Virus record (IMG/VR): IMGVR_UViG_3300028840_006692
Reading direction: 5' to 3' (one strand)
Origin: an uncultured virus (IMG/VR IMGVR_UViG_3300028840_006692)
Taxonomy: Duplodnaviria > Heunggongvirae > Uroviricota > Caudoviricetes
Length of the DNA: 64,000 nucleotides
Shown piece after piece: positions 27,198-36,474 of this stretch. The first letter of the stretch is position 1. The number at the start of each line of letters is the position of its first letter. The position numbers and the translations under genes were made by a program. The notes beneath the pieces are model-generated. The model saw only the letters and a list, made by a program, of their open reading frames with translations. It was not told where the DNA came from and did no database searches.

Positions 27198-27531
27198 TGG
27201 TCGTGTACTGTTTTACATCATCTTCTACACGTTTCACGATTTGAAAAGCTTGATTTGCGCACACGGTTGCAGCAAGCGGTGCAGATGTGCCAAGACTTTG
27301 CACCATCAAATCCCGAAAGGCTTTCCGAATCTCACCAAATGCCATGAGACTATCTTCTTCACTGGATCCAGTCACGTGCATCATAACTTCCACCCAAATC
27401 CGTTGAGCTTGATCCAAATGATAACTCATCACCAAAAATCGCCAAATCAGCACCGTATGCTGGCTGACGTGGTGGGGATGAGTCTGAGCCTTCAACAACT
27501 CAGAAAGCTCTTGAAAAGTCGACACCATCAC
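27178..27531 (-). CDS. Hypothetical protein
   Basis: Overlaps both neighbours in an operon-like run. Confidence 0.55.
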   Translation of the reverse strand: MMVSTFQELSELLKAQTHPHHVSQHTVLIWRFLVMSYHLDQAQRIWVEVMMHVTGSSEEDSLMAFGEIRKAFRDLMVQSLGTSAPLAATVCANQAFQIVKRVEDDVKQYTTNEINNT

Positions 27532-27980
27532 GCCACCTGTTGCTTTGGCTCGTCCGCGTCAAAATCTTCCGGTGCGTAATCTATAAACTGGTCTGCAATC
27601 TTGGCAAGAATATCACGCTCAATTTGGCGGATACGCTCTTTTTGCAAATTCATGTATTGCGCAATCATTGACAAGCTCATGCACTCATTGTAAACACAAA
27701 GAATTTCCGATTCTACGATATCCAAAACGCAACTACGATCCGGGGGGATCTTATCCACCGGAGTGGAAGGAAAATTCAGCACAAGTGATCCTTTCTCAGT
27801 TACGTCCAGATACAAGTTGTATTTACAGCCGACATACGGGCACGGTCTGGGTATGTCGGAGCAATCCTCGCGAGTGCTAGGCCGGTCGCTTGGATCAAGT
27901 AACTCGTTTCTAGGGTTTTGCTCCCAACTTCTATTTGCACGGGCCAAATACCTTTTGCTGATCGTTTTACGCGTCGTCAT
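27528..27980 (-). CDS. Cys-rich protein with C-terminal sigma70 region-4 HTH
   Basis: RPSTREDC...RPCPYVGCKYNLYLDV...GSLVLNFP...SCVLD followed by MSLSMIAQYMNLQKERIRQIE. Confidence 0.75.
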   Translation of the reverse strand: MTTRKTISKRYLARANRSWEQNPRNELLDPSDRPSTREDCSDIPRPCPYVGCKYNLYLDVTEKGSLVLNFPSTPVDKIPPDRSCVLDIVESEILCVYNECMSLSMIAQYMNLQKERIRQIERDILAKIADQFIDYAPEDFDADEPKQQVA

Positions 27981-27991
27981 GCTACACCCCC

Positions 27992-28651
27992 CTAACACGT
28001 GCGAGACAGAAACCCGAAAGACAAATCCCGTCCAGGCCCAGGGCCATCCTGTTGCACACTCGGAATCACAACTAGTGCTTCATCTCCCGGCAGCAAATCG
28101 GCGCCGCCCTCCTCAAACAACGGATAACGAAAGTTGCTAAGCGCCCAAACAACTTCTACAGCTGATTCCTTGGTCAACCTAGCCTTGATTTTGCCCGCAT
28201 TTGCTGCAAGCCAATCTGTCGCCTCCGTTCGGGTAGCATACCTGTAAACATAGGTACCTGAAGTGTAGACCGACGGGAAGTCGATCAAATATTTGTTGTT
28301 CCACATTCGTTCCTCCTTCACCGTAATCCGTACACCGTAGACTTTATCCGTAAACTGTGCATAAGTCCATCTAAGCTGTGCATCACCGTCATCTATACCA
28401 AGCCAATCCGCCACCCCATCGCGCACGGCTTTGCACGCACGCACGAGGTTATCGTCATCAAGCTTCCGAGGCCCGTACCTTACGATCAGAATAGACACCG
28501 GAAGCCCCCCCTTCCAGGGAGGCCCTAACGCCATGCACACCACCGAGCGGTAGCTTTTGGCGCGTTTGGCCTTACGACTCCAATGCTGGCGAACGTTGGC
28601 CTCACTAACAAGACGCATCCCCGGAAGCTCTACCGTGTGCAGCATTCTCAA
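27992..28651 (-). CDS. RusA-like Holliday junction resolvase fused to a STIV B116/DUF1874-like domain
   Basis: LDDDNL..ACKAVRDGVA..LGIDD (RusA acidic motif). C-half GTYVYR.AT..EA..WL...PGDEALV...FGFLSR. Internal AAGGAGG-ATG at 28306. Confidence 0.7.
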   Translation of the reverse strand: MRMLHTVELPGMRLVSEANVRQHWSRKAKRAKSYRSVVCMALGPPWKGGLPVSILIVRYGPRKLDDDNLVRACKAVRDGVADWLGIDDGDAQLRWTYAQFTDKVYGVRITVKEERMWNNKYLIDFPSVYTSGTYVYRYATRTEATDWLAANAGKIKARLTKESAVEVVWALSNFRYPLFEEGGADLLPGDEALVVIPSVQQDGPGPGRDLSFGFLSRTC

Positions 28652-29064
28652 TCCCCCAAAGCCATGTCACTCTGATCCCGAATGTCTGCAAGCGTGTCGG
28701 TCAACCGAACCACAGCGCGGTTGTGCTTGTTTTGAATCGCTCTTAGACGAGATCTGATCTGTTTGATCTCCGCAGCCCATGCCATCCAATCCTCAAACAC
28801 ATTTTCCGCCAGACCAGACACATCACCAATCTGCCGTAGCAACTGTTTGTTCGTGTTAGGCTCATCATAAAGCCTATCGGCTAATCGGGAACACACAGTC
28901 AACATCTGGATATGTACCTTTTTCGCCTGATCCAGAGTGTACCCTTCCACTGGGTGGTTGAGCTCTGAAATCGCATCATCTATGTTCATCCGAAAGCCCT
29001 CACCAACTTTGCCGACGATACTATCTAGATCGTCCAAATCACGATCATCAAACCCCACCGTCAT
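28648..29064 (-). CDS. Hypothetical coiled-coil protein
   Basis: ATG directly after the methylase stop; helical composition. Confidence 0.55.
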   Translation of the reverse strand: MTVGFDDRDLDDLDSIVGKVGEGFRMNIDDAISELNHPVEGYTLDQAKKVHIQMLTVCSRLADRLYDEPNTNKQLLRQIGDVSGLAENVFEDWMAWAAEIKQIRSRLRAIQNKHNRAVVRLTDTLADIRDQSDMALGD

Positions 29065-29065
29065 T

Positions 29066-30364
29066 TTACACTTCCTTTCCGTGGATTTCCCACCAGGCAA
29101 TTCTGTTTCGAGCAGTCTTTGCATTATCCTGTTTGAGCTCAATTCCGAAAAACCCCATATCCTCAACCATGCACGCGCACCCTGTAGTCCCCGACCCGGC
29201 CCATGGATCGAGGACCGTCTGTCCAGGTGGCGTGATCAGGCGCACCAACCAGCGCATGAGGTGGATCGGCTTCACTGTAGCATGCTTGTTTGCTTTCACT
29301 CCCTGCCTCCTCTCCTGTGAGGATGCTTTCGAGCAGAAATAAAACCGTGACGCCAGTCCGGAAGATGCATCGATACCAGGACCTCCATCCCCCATGCCTC
29401 CACCATAACCCATGCCTTTCCGAACTCCTGGCTTTCGGGCGCCACTCCTGCGCTCCCCCGCCATAGCGTCCAGAAGCCTCACAGGGCACGCATCCTCGCA
29501 ACCCTGGTCTGTGCACCCTTCGAGGTGCGAAAACGTGACGTTGGCCGGCCAGCGCCCCGCAGTGTGGCAATTGATCCCAGTGCCAGGGGGAGCAGCAATC
29601 TTTTGGGCTTCTGGCTTGTGGGTGTGTCCGCTGCGCTTCCAGCTGTTGGGTCTATCGGGTTCACCCCAATCGGTGGGGATTCGACAACCATCGACGTTGA
29701 TCGCCCCTGTCCCGTGCGCAAGTACGTTGCCGGTGACCGTGCCGCCAAACGGTTTGCGCACCAGCAAGATCGGCTCCCAAGCCGGCTTGAGGGCAGTACC
29801 CCAACCGTCCCACCGGGCAGCTTCCGAGGTCGCCGGCGCCGTGATGGCAAGATCTCCAGCTGGACTTGGGGGTGCACCCGTCGCATAGGTGCCCCCTTTG
29901 ACCTTGGTGGGGGTGAGAGCATTACCCCCCACCCGATAGGACCCCACCACGGGGCGCTCAGCCCCAGCAAGTGCGTCAATGGATTTGCTGATGTTGCGGC
30001 TCTTCGGAAATCCCCGCCCGTGTAGCCACATCAGAGTGTCCCGCACCTCAAACCCAGCAATCCGGAGCCCAAGAGAAACAAGATCCCACGTGCGGGTACC
30101 GCCAAAAACCAACATGTGCGCTCCGGGCTGCATCACCCGGTAAATCGCCTGCCAGTGCGCAATGCGCGGAAACTCCCATTCAGCACCCATGAAATCCCCA
30201 CCCATATCGAGGCGCCCTCCTTTCAGGTAGGCCGCAATCTCAGCTGGGTTTGGCGTACGACTACCCAAACCATAGGGCGGATCCGTCACCACCGAAGCAA
30301 CACTAGACGCCTGAAAAGTACTAAGCACCTCCAAGCAATCACCACATCGAACCGTCCAACGCAT
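29066..30364 (-). CDS. N6-adenine/N4-cytosine DNA methyltransferase (beta class)
   Basis: GDCLEVL, VTDPPY, HATVKP..LMRWL, VLDPWAGSGTTG. Confidence 0.9.
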   Translation of the reverse strand: MRWTVRCGDCLEVLSTFQASSVASVVTDPPYGLGSRTPNPAEIAAYLKGGRLDMGGDFMGAEWEFPRIAHWQAIYRVMQPGAHMLVFGGTRTWDLVSLGLRIAGFEVRDTLMWLHGRGFPKSRNISKSIDALAGAERPVVGSYRVGGNALTPTKVKGGTYATGAPPSPAGDLAITAPATSEAARWDGWGTALKPAWEPILLVRKPFGGTVTGNVLAHGTGAINVDGCRIPTDWGEPDRPNSWKRSGHTHKPEAQKIAAPPGTGINCHTAGRWPANVTFSHLEGCTDQGCEDACPVRLLDAMAGERRSGARKPGVRKGMGYGGGMGDGGPGIDASSGLASRFYFCSKASSQERRQGVKANKHATVKPIHLMRWLVRLITPPGQTVLDPWAGSGTTGCACMVEDMGFFGIELKQDNAKTARNRIAWWEIHGKEV

Positions 30365-30375
30365 CCCCACACCCC

Positions 30376-30816
30376 TCAATTCGGCAAAGCACAAGCAAAA
30401 GAGCGTGCGTGGTCCTCTGTGGGCACGTACACCTGCGACGATATAGTGCCCTCAAGAAATCCTACCAAAGTTATCAACAAGGCTGCTTTTTGCTTGCTAA
30501 GAACGCCCATAACACTGTCTATGATAGACGACACATTACCAATCGAGTCTTCGCACATAACTGTGTACAGACCAAATGCCTCAGTTAGATGATCAGCAGC
30601 ATCAGAGGCATAAAATACCGCAACCGTTACGTTATACTTGGGTGACGCATTTACCACAAATGCATGCAGCAATATGCTTGCACCTCCCACAGCTTCTAAT
30701 GATTTTCTAACTAGATCGCGCTCTTCTATACCATCGCGTATATACTCGTACACAGTGTCCAGCTCTTCGGGTGTGTAAACTTCGCTTGAAACGGTACGAT
30801 TCTTTTTGCTTGGCAT
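30376..30816 (-). CDS. Hypothetical protein
   Basis: GGAGG SD; 146 aa. Confidence 0.55.
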   Translation of the reverse strand: MPSKKNRTVSSEVYTPEELDTVYEYIRDGIEERDLVRKSLEAVGGASILLHAFVVNASPKYNVTVAVFYASDAADHLTEAFGLYTVMCEDSIGNVSSIIDSVMGVLSKQKAALLITLVGFLEGTISSQVYVPTEDHARSFACALPN

Positions 30817-30826
30817 GCCATACCTC

Positions 30827-31303
30827 CTATTTTATTCTGCCTGTTGGATTATGCGGTGATTTTCGAAACTCTGGACTGCGCGCCACCGGCTTGTGCACTT
30901 CCGGATCTTCGGCGTAGAAGAGGACGGTAGCTTGAGCGTCGATTCGATCGGTCACCGGGACACCGCACCGCCGCACCACTGCCATTTGTGCTTCGAGAAA
31001 CTTGAGCTTGCGTAGCGTTTTTTGGTACGCCGACGCATCCGTAAATCCAATGTCGAGATCTTGCCGCACCTGCTCTGTGATGCGCCGCCGGCGCTCGAGG
31101 ACCTCTGTCATTTTTGCGATTGCCAACTTGTAGGCACTCTCTGGATAACCAAACACAGTTTCTGCAAGCACACCCACCACGGGGTCCTCCCCGTATGATA
31201 AAGCCTCATCCGATCGCACCTCACGCACAACACCCTCTTCGCAAAGCTCACCGAGAAACCGGATGACCGTACCCACCTTTGACACCTTATAGTACACCCC
31301 CAT
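30827..31303 (-). CDS. Hypothetical protein
   Basis: Co-oriented ORF in an operon-like run. Confidence 0.55.
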   Translation of the reverse strand: MGVYYKVSKVGTVIRFLGELCEEGVVREVRSDEALSYGEDPVVGVLAETVFGYPESAYKLAIAKMTEVLERRRRITEQVRQDLDIGFTDASAYQKTLRKLKFLEAQMAVVRRCGVPVTDRIDAQATVLFYAEDPEVHKPVARSPEFRKSPHNPTGRIK

Positions 31304-31314
31304 TTATTCCCCCA

Positions 31315-31527
31315 TCACCAAATTCCAAGCCGTAGCGCCTCATCCAGCTGGTTTTTCTCCACGTCTTCACACCGCACCCAAACTTTTCGCCCTTCCGTAG
31401 TCGTAGCCGAAAACCCCTGACAGTGCTTGTCGGGTATCGGGCTGGTACGACCACAAACCAAACAAATAAAGAGTTGTTTTCCGCTGCTCGTGGTTCGAGC
31501 AATTGGACGCCATCTGGATCGACTCAT
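31315..31527 (-). CDS. Small zinc-finger protein
   Basis: FICLVCGR...C...C; ATGA overlap. Confidence 0.55.
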   Translation of the reverse strand: MSRSRWRPIARTTSSGKQLFICLVCGRTSPIPDKHCQGFSATTTEGRKVWVRCEDVEKNQLDEALRLGIW

Positions 31528-31907
31528 AGGATTTTGGTCTCCATCTCGGGATGATGCTCTGCGCTGGCCAAATGCCTTAGAGGATGGACCCCCTCCACAA
31601 ATTCAAGCAAAGCCGCGTTGGCGATGTCAAAGAGCATATCCACGTTACCGGTGCGCCGATAAACTCCCACACGCCGAAGAATATCATCCATACGGTCATA
31701 CTGAGGCTTTCCCGATGCCCCAAGAAGCCCGTATCGAAACGCCCCCACCAAAAGGCGTACTCGCATCCCCTGCTCAAACGCAGCGGACCATTCTGACCGT
31801 TTCAAATCGTCTAGGTCAAGATTAGGAGGGTGCGCTGGGAGCTCCGGAACCCCAGCAGACCAACGCCACAGGTTGAGCATAAACCAGTCACGCGTCATTT
31901 TGCACAA
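31524..31907 (-). CDS. Hypothetical protein, possibly all-alpha dNTP pyrophosphohydrolase-like
   Basis: G.FRYG...Y...TGN.D.L.DIAN.A.LEF pattern; adjacent to thyX. Confidence 0.45.
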   Translation of the reverse strand: MCKMTRDWFMLNLWRWSAGVPELPAHPPNLDLDDLKRSEWSAAFEQGMRVRLLVGAFRYGLLGASGKPQYDRMDDILRRVGVYRRTGNVDMLFDIANAALLEFVEGVHPLRHLASAEHHPEMETKIL

Positions 31908-32088
31908 CCTCCAACTCTTGAGGGCAAATCCCCATAAGCCTGGAAGCTTCCGCTCGAGCTTCGAACCATAACCGCGCTACCACCCGCACGGGCGGAGCGG
32001 TCGGATTGTGCTTGTGACGAAACCACCATTCCACCGGTTCCGCTGGTAGGGTAGATAGGGAGGACATTTTTTCGCGCTTTCCCATCAC
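31888..32088 (-). CDS. Small hypothetical protein
   Basis: Overlaps the thyX stop and the next gene. Confidence 0.45.
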   Translation of the reverse strand: MMGKREKMSSLSTLPAEPVEWWFRHKHNPTAPPVRVVARLWFEARAEASRLMGICPQELEVVQNDA

Positions 32089-32846
32089 TCGCTCCCACCC
32101 AGACCATCAAAAACAAGCGGCAACAGCTTCGAAAGCTCTCGCCAAAGCGGCCGCATCACCTCCCGCATTTGAGGATGCGCCGCCTTATCACACCGCATCT
32201 TGAAGATGTGCCGCCACTCACGCAGGTTTGCTGTGACCACAATCTCAGTCTTGAGACTGTTGGGCAAAACAGACCTGGCCTCCTGAGCAGAAGCACCCTT
32301 TTCGATAAGACTTAGATAGGCATTTTCCGTATTCGCCATAGCCTCCAACCAAATCTTGTAGCGTGCGGTATCCTCATTCCAAAAAAACGGCCTGATAAAC
32401 GTCACCTCGCCGCCAAATTTCTCCTTCGTATAGTTGCAATATCTAGTACTTTCCTGCGTGTAGCTTGCTAACCTATGCCTAACGAGTTCATGGGTAACAC
32501 CACGGTCACAGATAATCTTGACCGTCAAAAATGCATGCTCAATCACGCTTACGTGCGGGGGATCTCTTGACAATAGCTTTCTAAGCAGCGTTAGGTACGA
32601 CGGTTCGCGCACCTGAAAGCCCCCCACACCTTCGCAATCCGAGCACTTATGGACGCCAGCAAGCTCGTTATGAGGGTACTTGTGTAACAGCCAGCCTGAA
32701 CCAACACACTTCGCGCAAGGTTCTCTCCCTAAGTCTATCCGGTCTTCGCTCTTGTATGCCACCCGTGCAGCTCGTTCGATTCTTGGAAGGGCATCACGCA
32801 AAATATCCGCGTTCCAAATCTCATAAGATGGTTTGATCACTCGCAT
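32085..32846 (-). CDS. thyX: FAD-dependent thymidylate synthase with inserted CxxCxGxG zinc finger
   Basis: IERAARVAYKSE, H.SVIEH, RGVTHELVRHR.ASYTQESTRY, EARSVLP, N.REWRH, AHPQMR. Confidence 0.95.
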   Translation of the reverse strand: MRVIKPSYEIWNADILRDALPRIERAARVAYKSEDRIDLGREPCAKCVGSGWLLHKYPHNELAGVHKCSDCEGVGGFQVREPSYLTLLRKLLSRDPPHVSVIEHAFLTVKIICDRGVTHELVRHRLASYTQESTRYCNYTKEKFGGEVTFIRPFFWNEDTARYKIWLEAMANTENAYLSLIEKGASAQEARSVLPNSLKTEIVVTANLREWRHIFKMRCDKAAHPQMREVMRPLWRELSKLLPLVFDGLGGSE

Positions 32847-33139
32847 CTTTTACCTCCTAAATACTCAGGCAACGCATCATCCAAATGCCAATCTTTGTCC
32901 TCCAACTCCGGGTACCAAGGGTGCAGATAGCGGCCCCGATTATGCGGGTCCAAATCCTCAACCAGCCACCAAAGAGCACCGCAAAATCGACAACTATAGT
33001 GTGTGTTCACGCAATCTGGGTTGAGTCCATCGGGTAAACATGCCCTGGCGATCACGACCAACCCATCCACCCAGCAACTACGCGCCATAGAGCTAGGCTC
33101 AGAGTACCGCAAATCGCAGTCTTTACAAATTCCCGTCAT
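32837..33139 (-). CDS. Hypothetical Cys-rich protein
   Basis: CKDC and CRFC motifs; overlaps neighbours. Confidence 0.5.
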   Translation of the reverse strand: MTGICKDCDLRYSEPSSMARSCWVDGLVVIARACLPDGLNPDCVNTHYSCRFCGALWWLVEDLDPHNRGRYLHPWYPELEDKDWHLDDALPEYLGGKRCE

Positions 33140-33525
33140 GCTGAACCCCCCACATCATCAATCATGCACTCATCGTGCACACACCCATACCCGTGTTTCC
33201 ACCAAACCTTTTGCTCCAACAAAATCACACCCATGCACACCTTACATCTGCCTGTGTACTTCGCCTTGATTCGCACAAATAACCCGGAAGAGTCCCGCTT
33301 GACCGGTTCCCGCTTGACCGGTTCCCGCTTGACCGGTTCCCGCTTGACCGGTTCCCGCTTGACCGGTTCCCGCTTGACCGGTTCCCGCTTGACCGGATCG
33401 ACCACCTGCAAGCCGTACTGAGCGATCAACCGCGCCGCCAGCAAAGCCGCAGTACGCGCTTCTTCTTCGAAAGGAGACGTTGCCTGTGCAAGTAGCCGAC
33501 GCACCTTCTCTTCCGGAGTACTCAT
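33136..33525 (-). CDS. DUF2786-like N-terminus, (PVKRE)n linker and Zn-ribbon
   Basis: EKVRRLLA.A.SP.EEEA.TA...A.RLI..YGL; AKYTGRCKVC...CVH..C. Confidence 0.65.
   Translation of the reverse strand: MSTPEEKVRRLLAQATSPFEEEARTAALLAARLIAQYGLQVVDPVKREPVKREPVKREPVKREPVKREPVKREPVKRDSSGLFVRIKAKYTGRCKVCMGVILLEQKVWWKHGYGCVHDECMIDDVGGSA
33293..33396. repeat. 15-bp tandem repeat (TCCCGCTTGACCGGT) ~7x
   Basis: Directly visible; in-frame coding VNTR. Confidence 0.95.
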
Positions 33526-34478
33526 CCCTCACCCTTCCCAAAAGGAACATGGAGCATGCCTGCAGCACGTTTTTTTGCGCGCTCCCCTCGCCGGTCGTAG
33601 CCAGCAGTGGTGGTGACCGAAGCGTGGCCAGCCAACCCCTGGATCGCCACCAAGTCCACCCCCGCGTCCAGCAAATCGCCGATATAGGTCCGTCGGAAGT
33701 CATGCGCCGAGAACGGACGCACCCCAGCTTGTCCTGCGAGACCCTTCAAGCGCTTCAACACCCCATTGAAGGACATGTGCCGATCTCGAATGCGTCCACC
33801 CTTGGCCACGGGTTTGAGAAATGCCCCCGCCTCCGTCCCTCGGTGCTCAATCCACGCCTGGATTGCAGCCAGTGCTCCAGGCGACATGTACACCACGCGT
33901 TCCTTACCTCCCTTTCCCAGCACCTTGATCGTTTCCGCCTCGAGATCCACATCGGACATACGGAGCCCCACCGCTTCGGCCCGGCGGAGCCCCCCTCCAT
34001 ATAGTAGAGAAAGAAGCGCGGCATCGCGCGCTCCAACAGGAGTGCTAGGATCGCAAGAAGCAAAGAGCGCTCGAATCTCCGCCATCCCAAGCGCACGCCC
34101 AGACGGCACCTTGGCGCCTGGAATCTTCCCCACGTCCACAGCTCGGTGGTATTCCTCAACAGGCATGAGGCCGAGACGCCAGGCTTCCTTGAGCACCCCC
34201 CGAAGAAAGTACAGCATCTTGTTGGCTGTCGATGGAGCGTAGCGGGTTTGGGCGAGCTTGGATTTGATCGCTTGCGTGTGCTGGTACCTGAGCGAGTGCC
34301 AAGGCACCCGGTAAATCGAAACCCCCGGCATCAGGATCTCTCCGATTACGTGCAAGGCCCCCCGAACTGCCGGGCGGCTTCCAGGCGATAGCTTCGCCAG
34401 GTACACCGCCACCGGATTTTGATCCAGTTGTCCCTCCAAGACGGGCACAAGCCCAGCTGCTTTTGATATTTCGGACAT
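33522..34478 (-). CDS. XerC/D-like tyrosine recombinase/integrase, intact
   Basis: RDAALL.LLY.GGLRRAE, GKGGKER, HDFRRT, LAGH, TTAGYD: complete R-K-H-R-H-Y set. Confidence 0.92.
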   Translation of the reverse strand: MSEISKAAGLVPVLEGQLDQNPVAVYLAKLSPGSRPAVRGALHVIGEILMPGVSIYRVPWHSLRYQHTQAIKSKLAQTRYAPSTANKMLYFLRGVLKEAWRLGLMPVEEYHRAVDVGKIPGAKVPSGRALGMAEIRALFASCDPSTPVGARDAALLSLLYGGGLRRAEAVGLRMSDVDLEAETIKVLGKGGKERVVYMSPGALAAIQAWIEHRGTEAGAFLKPVAKGGRIRDRHMSFNGVLKRLKGLAGQAGVRPFSAHDFRRTYIGDLLDAGVDLVAIQGLAGHASVTTTAGYDRRGERAKKRAAGMLHVPFGKGEG

Positions 34479-34632
34479 TTAGACCTAGCTTGTTCTAGTA
34501 CTGAGCTTCTAGCAACCAAACGTGTACCACAAGGCAGCACCTGCCACCAACTTTTTTTGGACACGATGGGCAAAAATTCTTGGAAGCCCAGCCCACCCAC
34601 ATGATACCCTTTAAGACAAAGGAGAGCACCCG

Positions 34633-35268
34633 ATGACATTTATCAATTTCAAGAGTTGGTTGATCAGCCTGCACGCCTGCAATGACGCCGTTCGGTGGGT
34701 TGGCGTTGCCAGCCTGGACTATGCCTGGCACAACTGCGAGCGCGGTGATTGGATGCTGTGGCTAACCCAAAACCTGAAAGTGCCCCCCGAGTTGGAAGTC
34801 GCAGCGCTTGCACAATGCCTGATCAAAGTCCTGCCCCAACACATAGACCATCTAAGAGAGCACAGACAAATAGATGTGCTTAGAGAAATTGCCTGGATCG
34901 CTGCAAACATCACGCATAGAAACTCCATCTATGACATGCATGAAGCGATAAAAAATCGCTCGTCCGAAACAGCATTTCGGGCTTTGGCTATGTATCGAAA
35001 AATCGATTTCACCAAGCCCGACAACTGGGGCTACCCAGAGCTAACTATAGAGGCATTCTATCATTACGTTCTAAAATCTCCCAAAAATGACAGCGCATAC
35101 CCGCTCCTATGCCTAGCTAGAGCAGTGCAAGAAAAAATGGTTGTCCTGGAACAATGCAACCCACAGCGGGAAAAAGCAGTGCTCGAGACTCTACACGATT
35201 GCGCTTGGATCCTTCGAGAAGAAATCCCATTTTCGATCATCAAAGCCGCACACAAAAAAGTCGCCTAA
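34633..35268 (+). CDS. Hypothetical protein, divergent from the integrase
   Basis: AAGGAG SD; N-terminal L..L.AC.DAV.W...AW..C.RGDWMLWL motif of a type common in phage proteins. Confidence 0.65.
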   Translation: MTFINFKSWLISLHACNDAVRWVGVASLDYAWHNCERGDWMLWLTQNLKVPPELEVAALAQCLIKVLPQHIDHLREHRQIDVLREIAWIAANITHRNSIYDMHEAIKNRSSETAFRALAMYRKIDFTKPDNWGYPELTIEAFYHYVLKSPKNDSAYPLLCLARAVQEKMVVLEQCNPQREKAVLETLHDCAWILREEIPFSIIKAAHKKVA

Positions 35269-35522
35269 TCCACCTCGAAAATCTCCCAATCATCCGCCTT
35301 GTCATCGTCCGAAGTGAACACCTCGGTGTTGTCACCCAAAGGACACAACTCGAACAGGAAAGGAAAGGTGATGTTTGCTGGAGCAACTTTCGGCGCCTGC
35401 GGAAATACCTTTCGCACGTCATCCCAAGACTCCGCAAAACGCACCTGCCGCCCAGGTTCCCACGCACGACGTCGCACAATAGCCCCCTTCGACATAGCCC
35501 GCACTGCCCACTCAAAATTCAT
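35265..35522 (-). CDS. DUF2829 / Tad2-like protein
   Basis: MNFEWAVRAMSKGAIVRRRAW ... D.KADDWEI matches the family N- and C-terminal motifs; GGAGG SD. Confidence 0.7.
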   Translation of the reverse strand: MNFEWAVRAMSKGAIVRRRAWEPGRQVRFAESWDDVRKVFPQAPKVAPANITFPFLFELCPLGDNTEVFTSDDDKADDWEIFEVD

Positions 35523-35526
35523 TTTG

Positions 35527-36474
35527 CTACCTCCGCTTTTTGAGCATCGGCCAAGCATATTTCCAGCCGAGATACCCAACCCCCGCAACAGCACCCACCC
35601 CAAGAACCCAACCAATCGAAGAACTCTCGCTATCGGCGGGTTGAAAATTTTTCGAGAACACTCCCCCTGGCGGCTGCACCTTCAAATCGTATAAGCGCAC
35701 CCCAGAAAGTAGATTATCCAGCACGTGATTGGTGTTTGCAAGTGCTTCCTTCAAGGCTGCTTTCAAATGCCTTAGCCTGTACATGTCGTACGCTTCCGCA
35801 AGCTGAAGTGCCGTAATTTGAGCGTTGGCTGCCTGGTCCAACCTTCTAGGTACACCTCGCATCGAGGTGCAATAAGCAAGATCCTTGACCCTACCACCTT
35901 GCATGTTCATGCATGTCTTCCAATCAAAAAACGTGCAGCTAACATTTTCAAGGCCCATAGGAAAATCAACGCGGCTGTCATATCCGTTAGATCTTGCTAT
36001 CTCATCGACATAAAGCTCGAACGCGTCGTGATCCGCGCGTGGGTCCATTTCTACAACCAACGGCCTTATGTTGCTCCAAAGCAAATAATCCGGGGTTCGC
36101 TCTGTGATTGGCACCAAATCCTTGTGCTCCAAAAGCCTGCGGTAAGACTCTTTGGCCGCGCGTCTGATCACAGTATCGATCTTGATTGCCTCCGCGCGCA
36201 CCGGTTCGATGACGTAGGACACCCAATCAAACACTCCTTGCGCCACCCAGCCCGAGGGCAACGCCGAAATGATCTGTTCACCGACCCATTTGCCACCACC
36301 AGTCACCCACCAATCGGTCAAACCTGCTGCTGCAGGCCCAAAAAGCGCACCAGCTGCAGACGTGAAAACAACCAGAGCTACTTTTTCGTCATCCTTCAGC
36401 TCTTCCTGCTCAGATTTGGGCAAACTTCCCATGTACTCATTCAGGAACTCTTCATATTCCGTTGGAAGCGGCAT
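35527..36474 (-). CDS. Tail-anchored membrane protein
   Basis: C-terminal IGWVLGVGAVAGVGYLGW followed by KKRR; additional N-proximal hydrophobic segment. Confidence 0.7.
   Translation of the reverse strand: MPLPTEYEEFLNEYMGSLPKSEQEELKDDEKVALVVFTSAAGALFGPAAAGLTDWWVTGGGKWVGEQIISALPSGWVAQGVFDWVSYVIEPVRAEAIKIDTVIRRAAKESYRRLLEHKDLVPITERTPDYLLWSNIRPLVVEMDPRADHDAFELYVDEIARSNGYDSRVDFPMGLENVSCTFFDWKTCMNMQGGRVKDLAYCTSMRGVPRRLDQAANAQITALQLAEAYDMYRLRHLKAALKEALANTNHVLDNLLSGVRLYDLKVQPPGGVFSKNFQPADSESSSIGWVLGVGAVAGVGYLGWKYAWPMLKKRR

Noticed and set aside
34495..34731. Small minus-strand ORF upstream of the integrase as an excisionase
   Set aside because: Overlaps the start of the better-supported plus-strand gene and has no HTH pattern.
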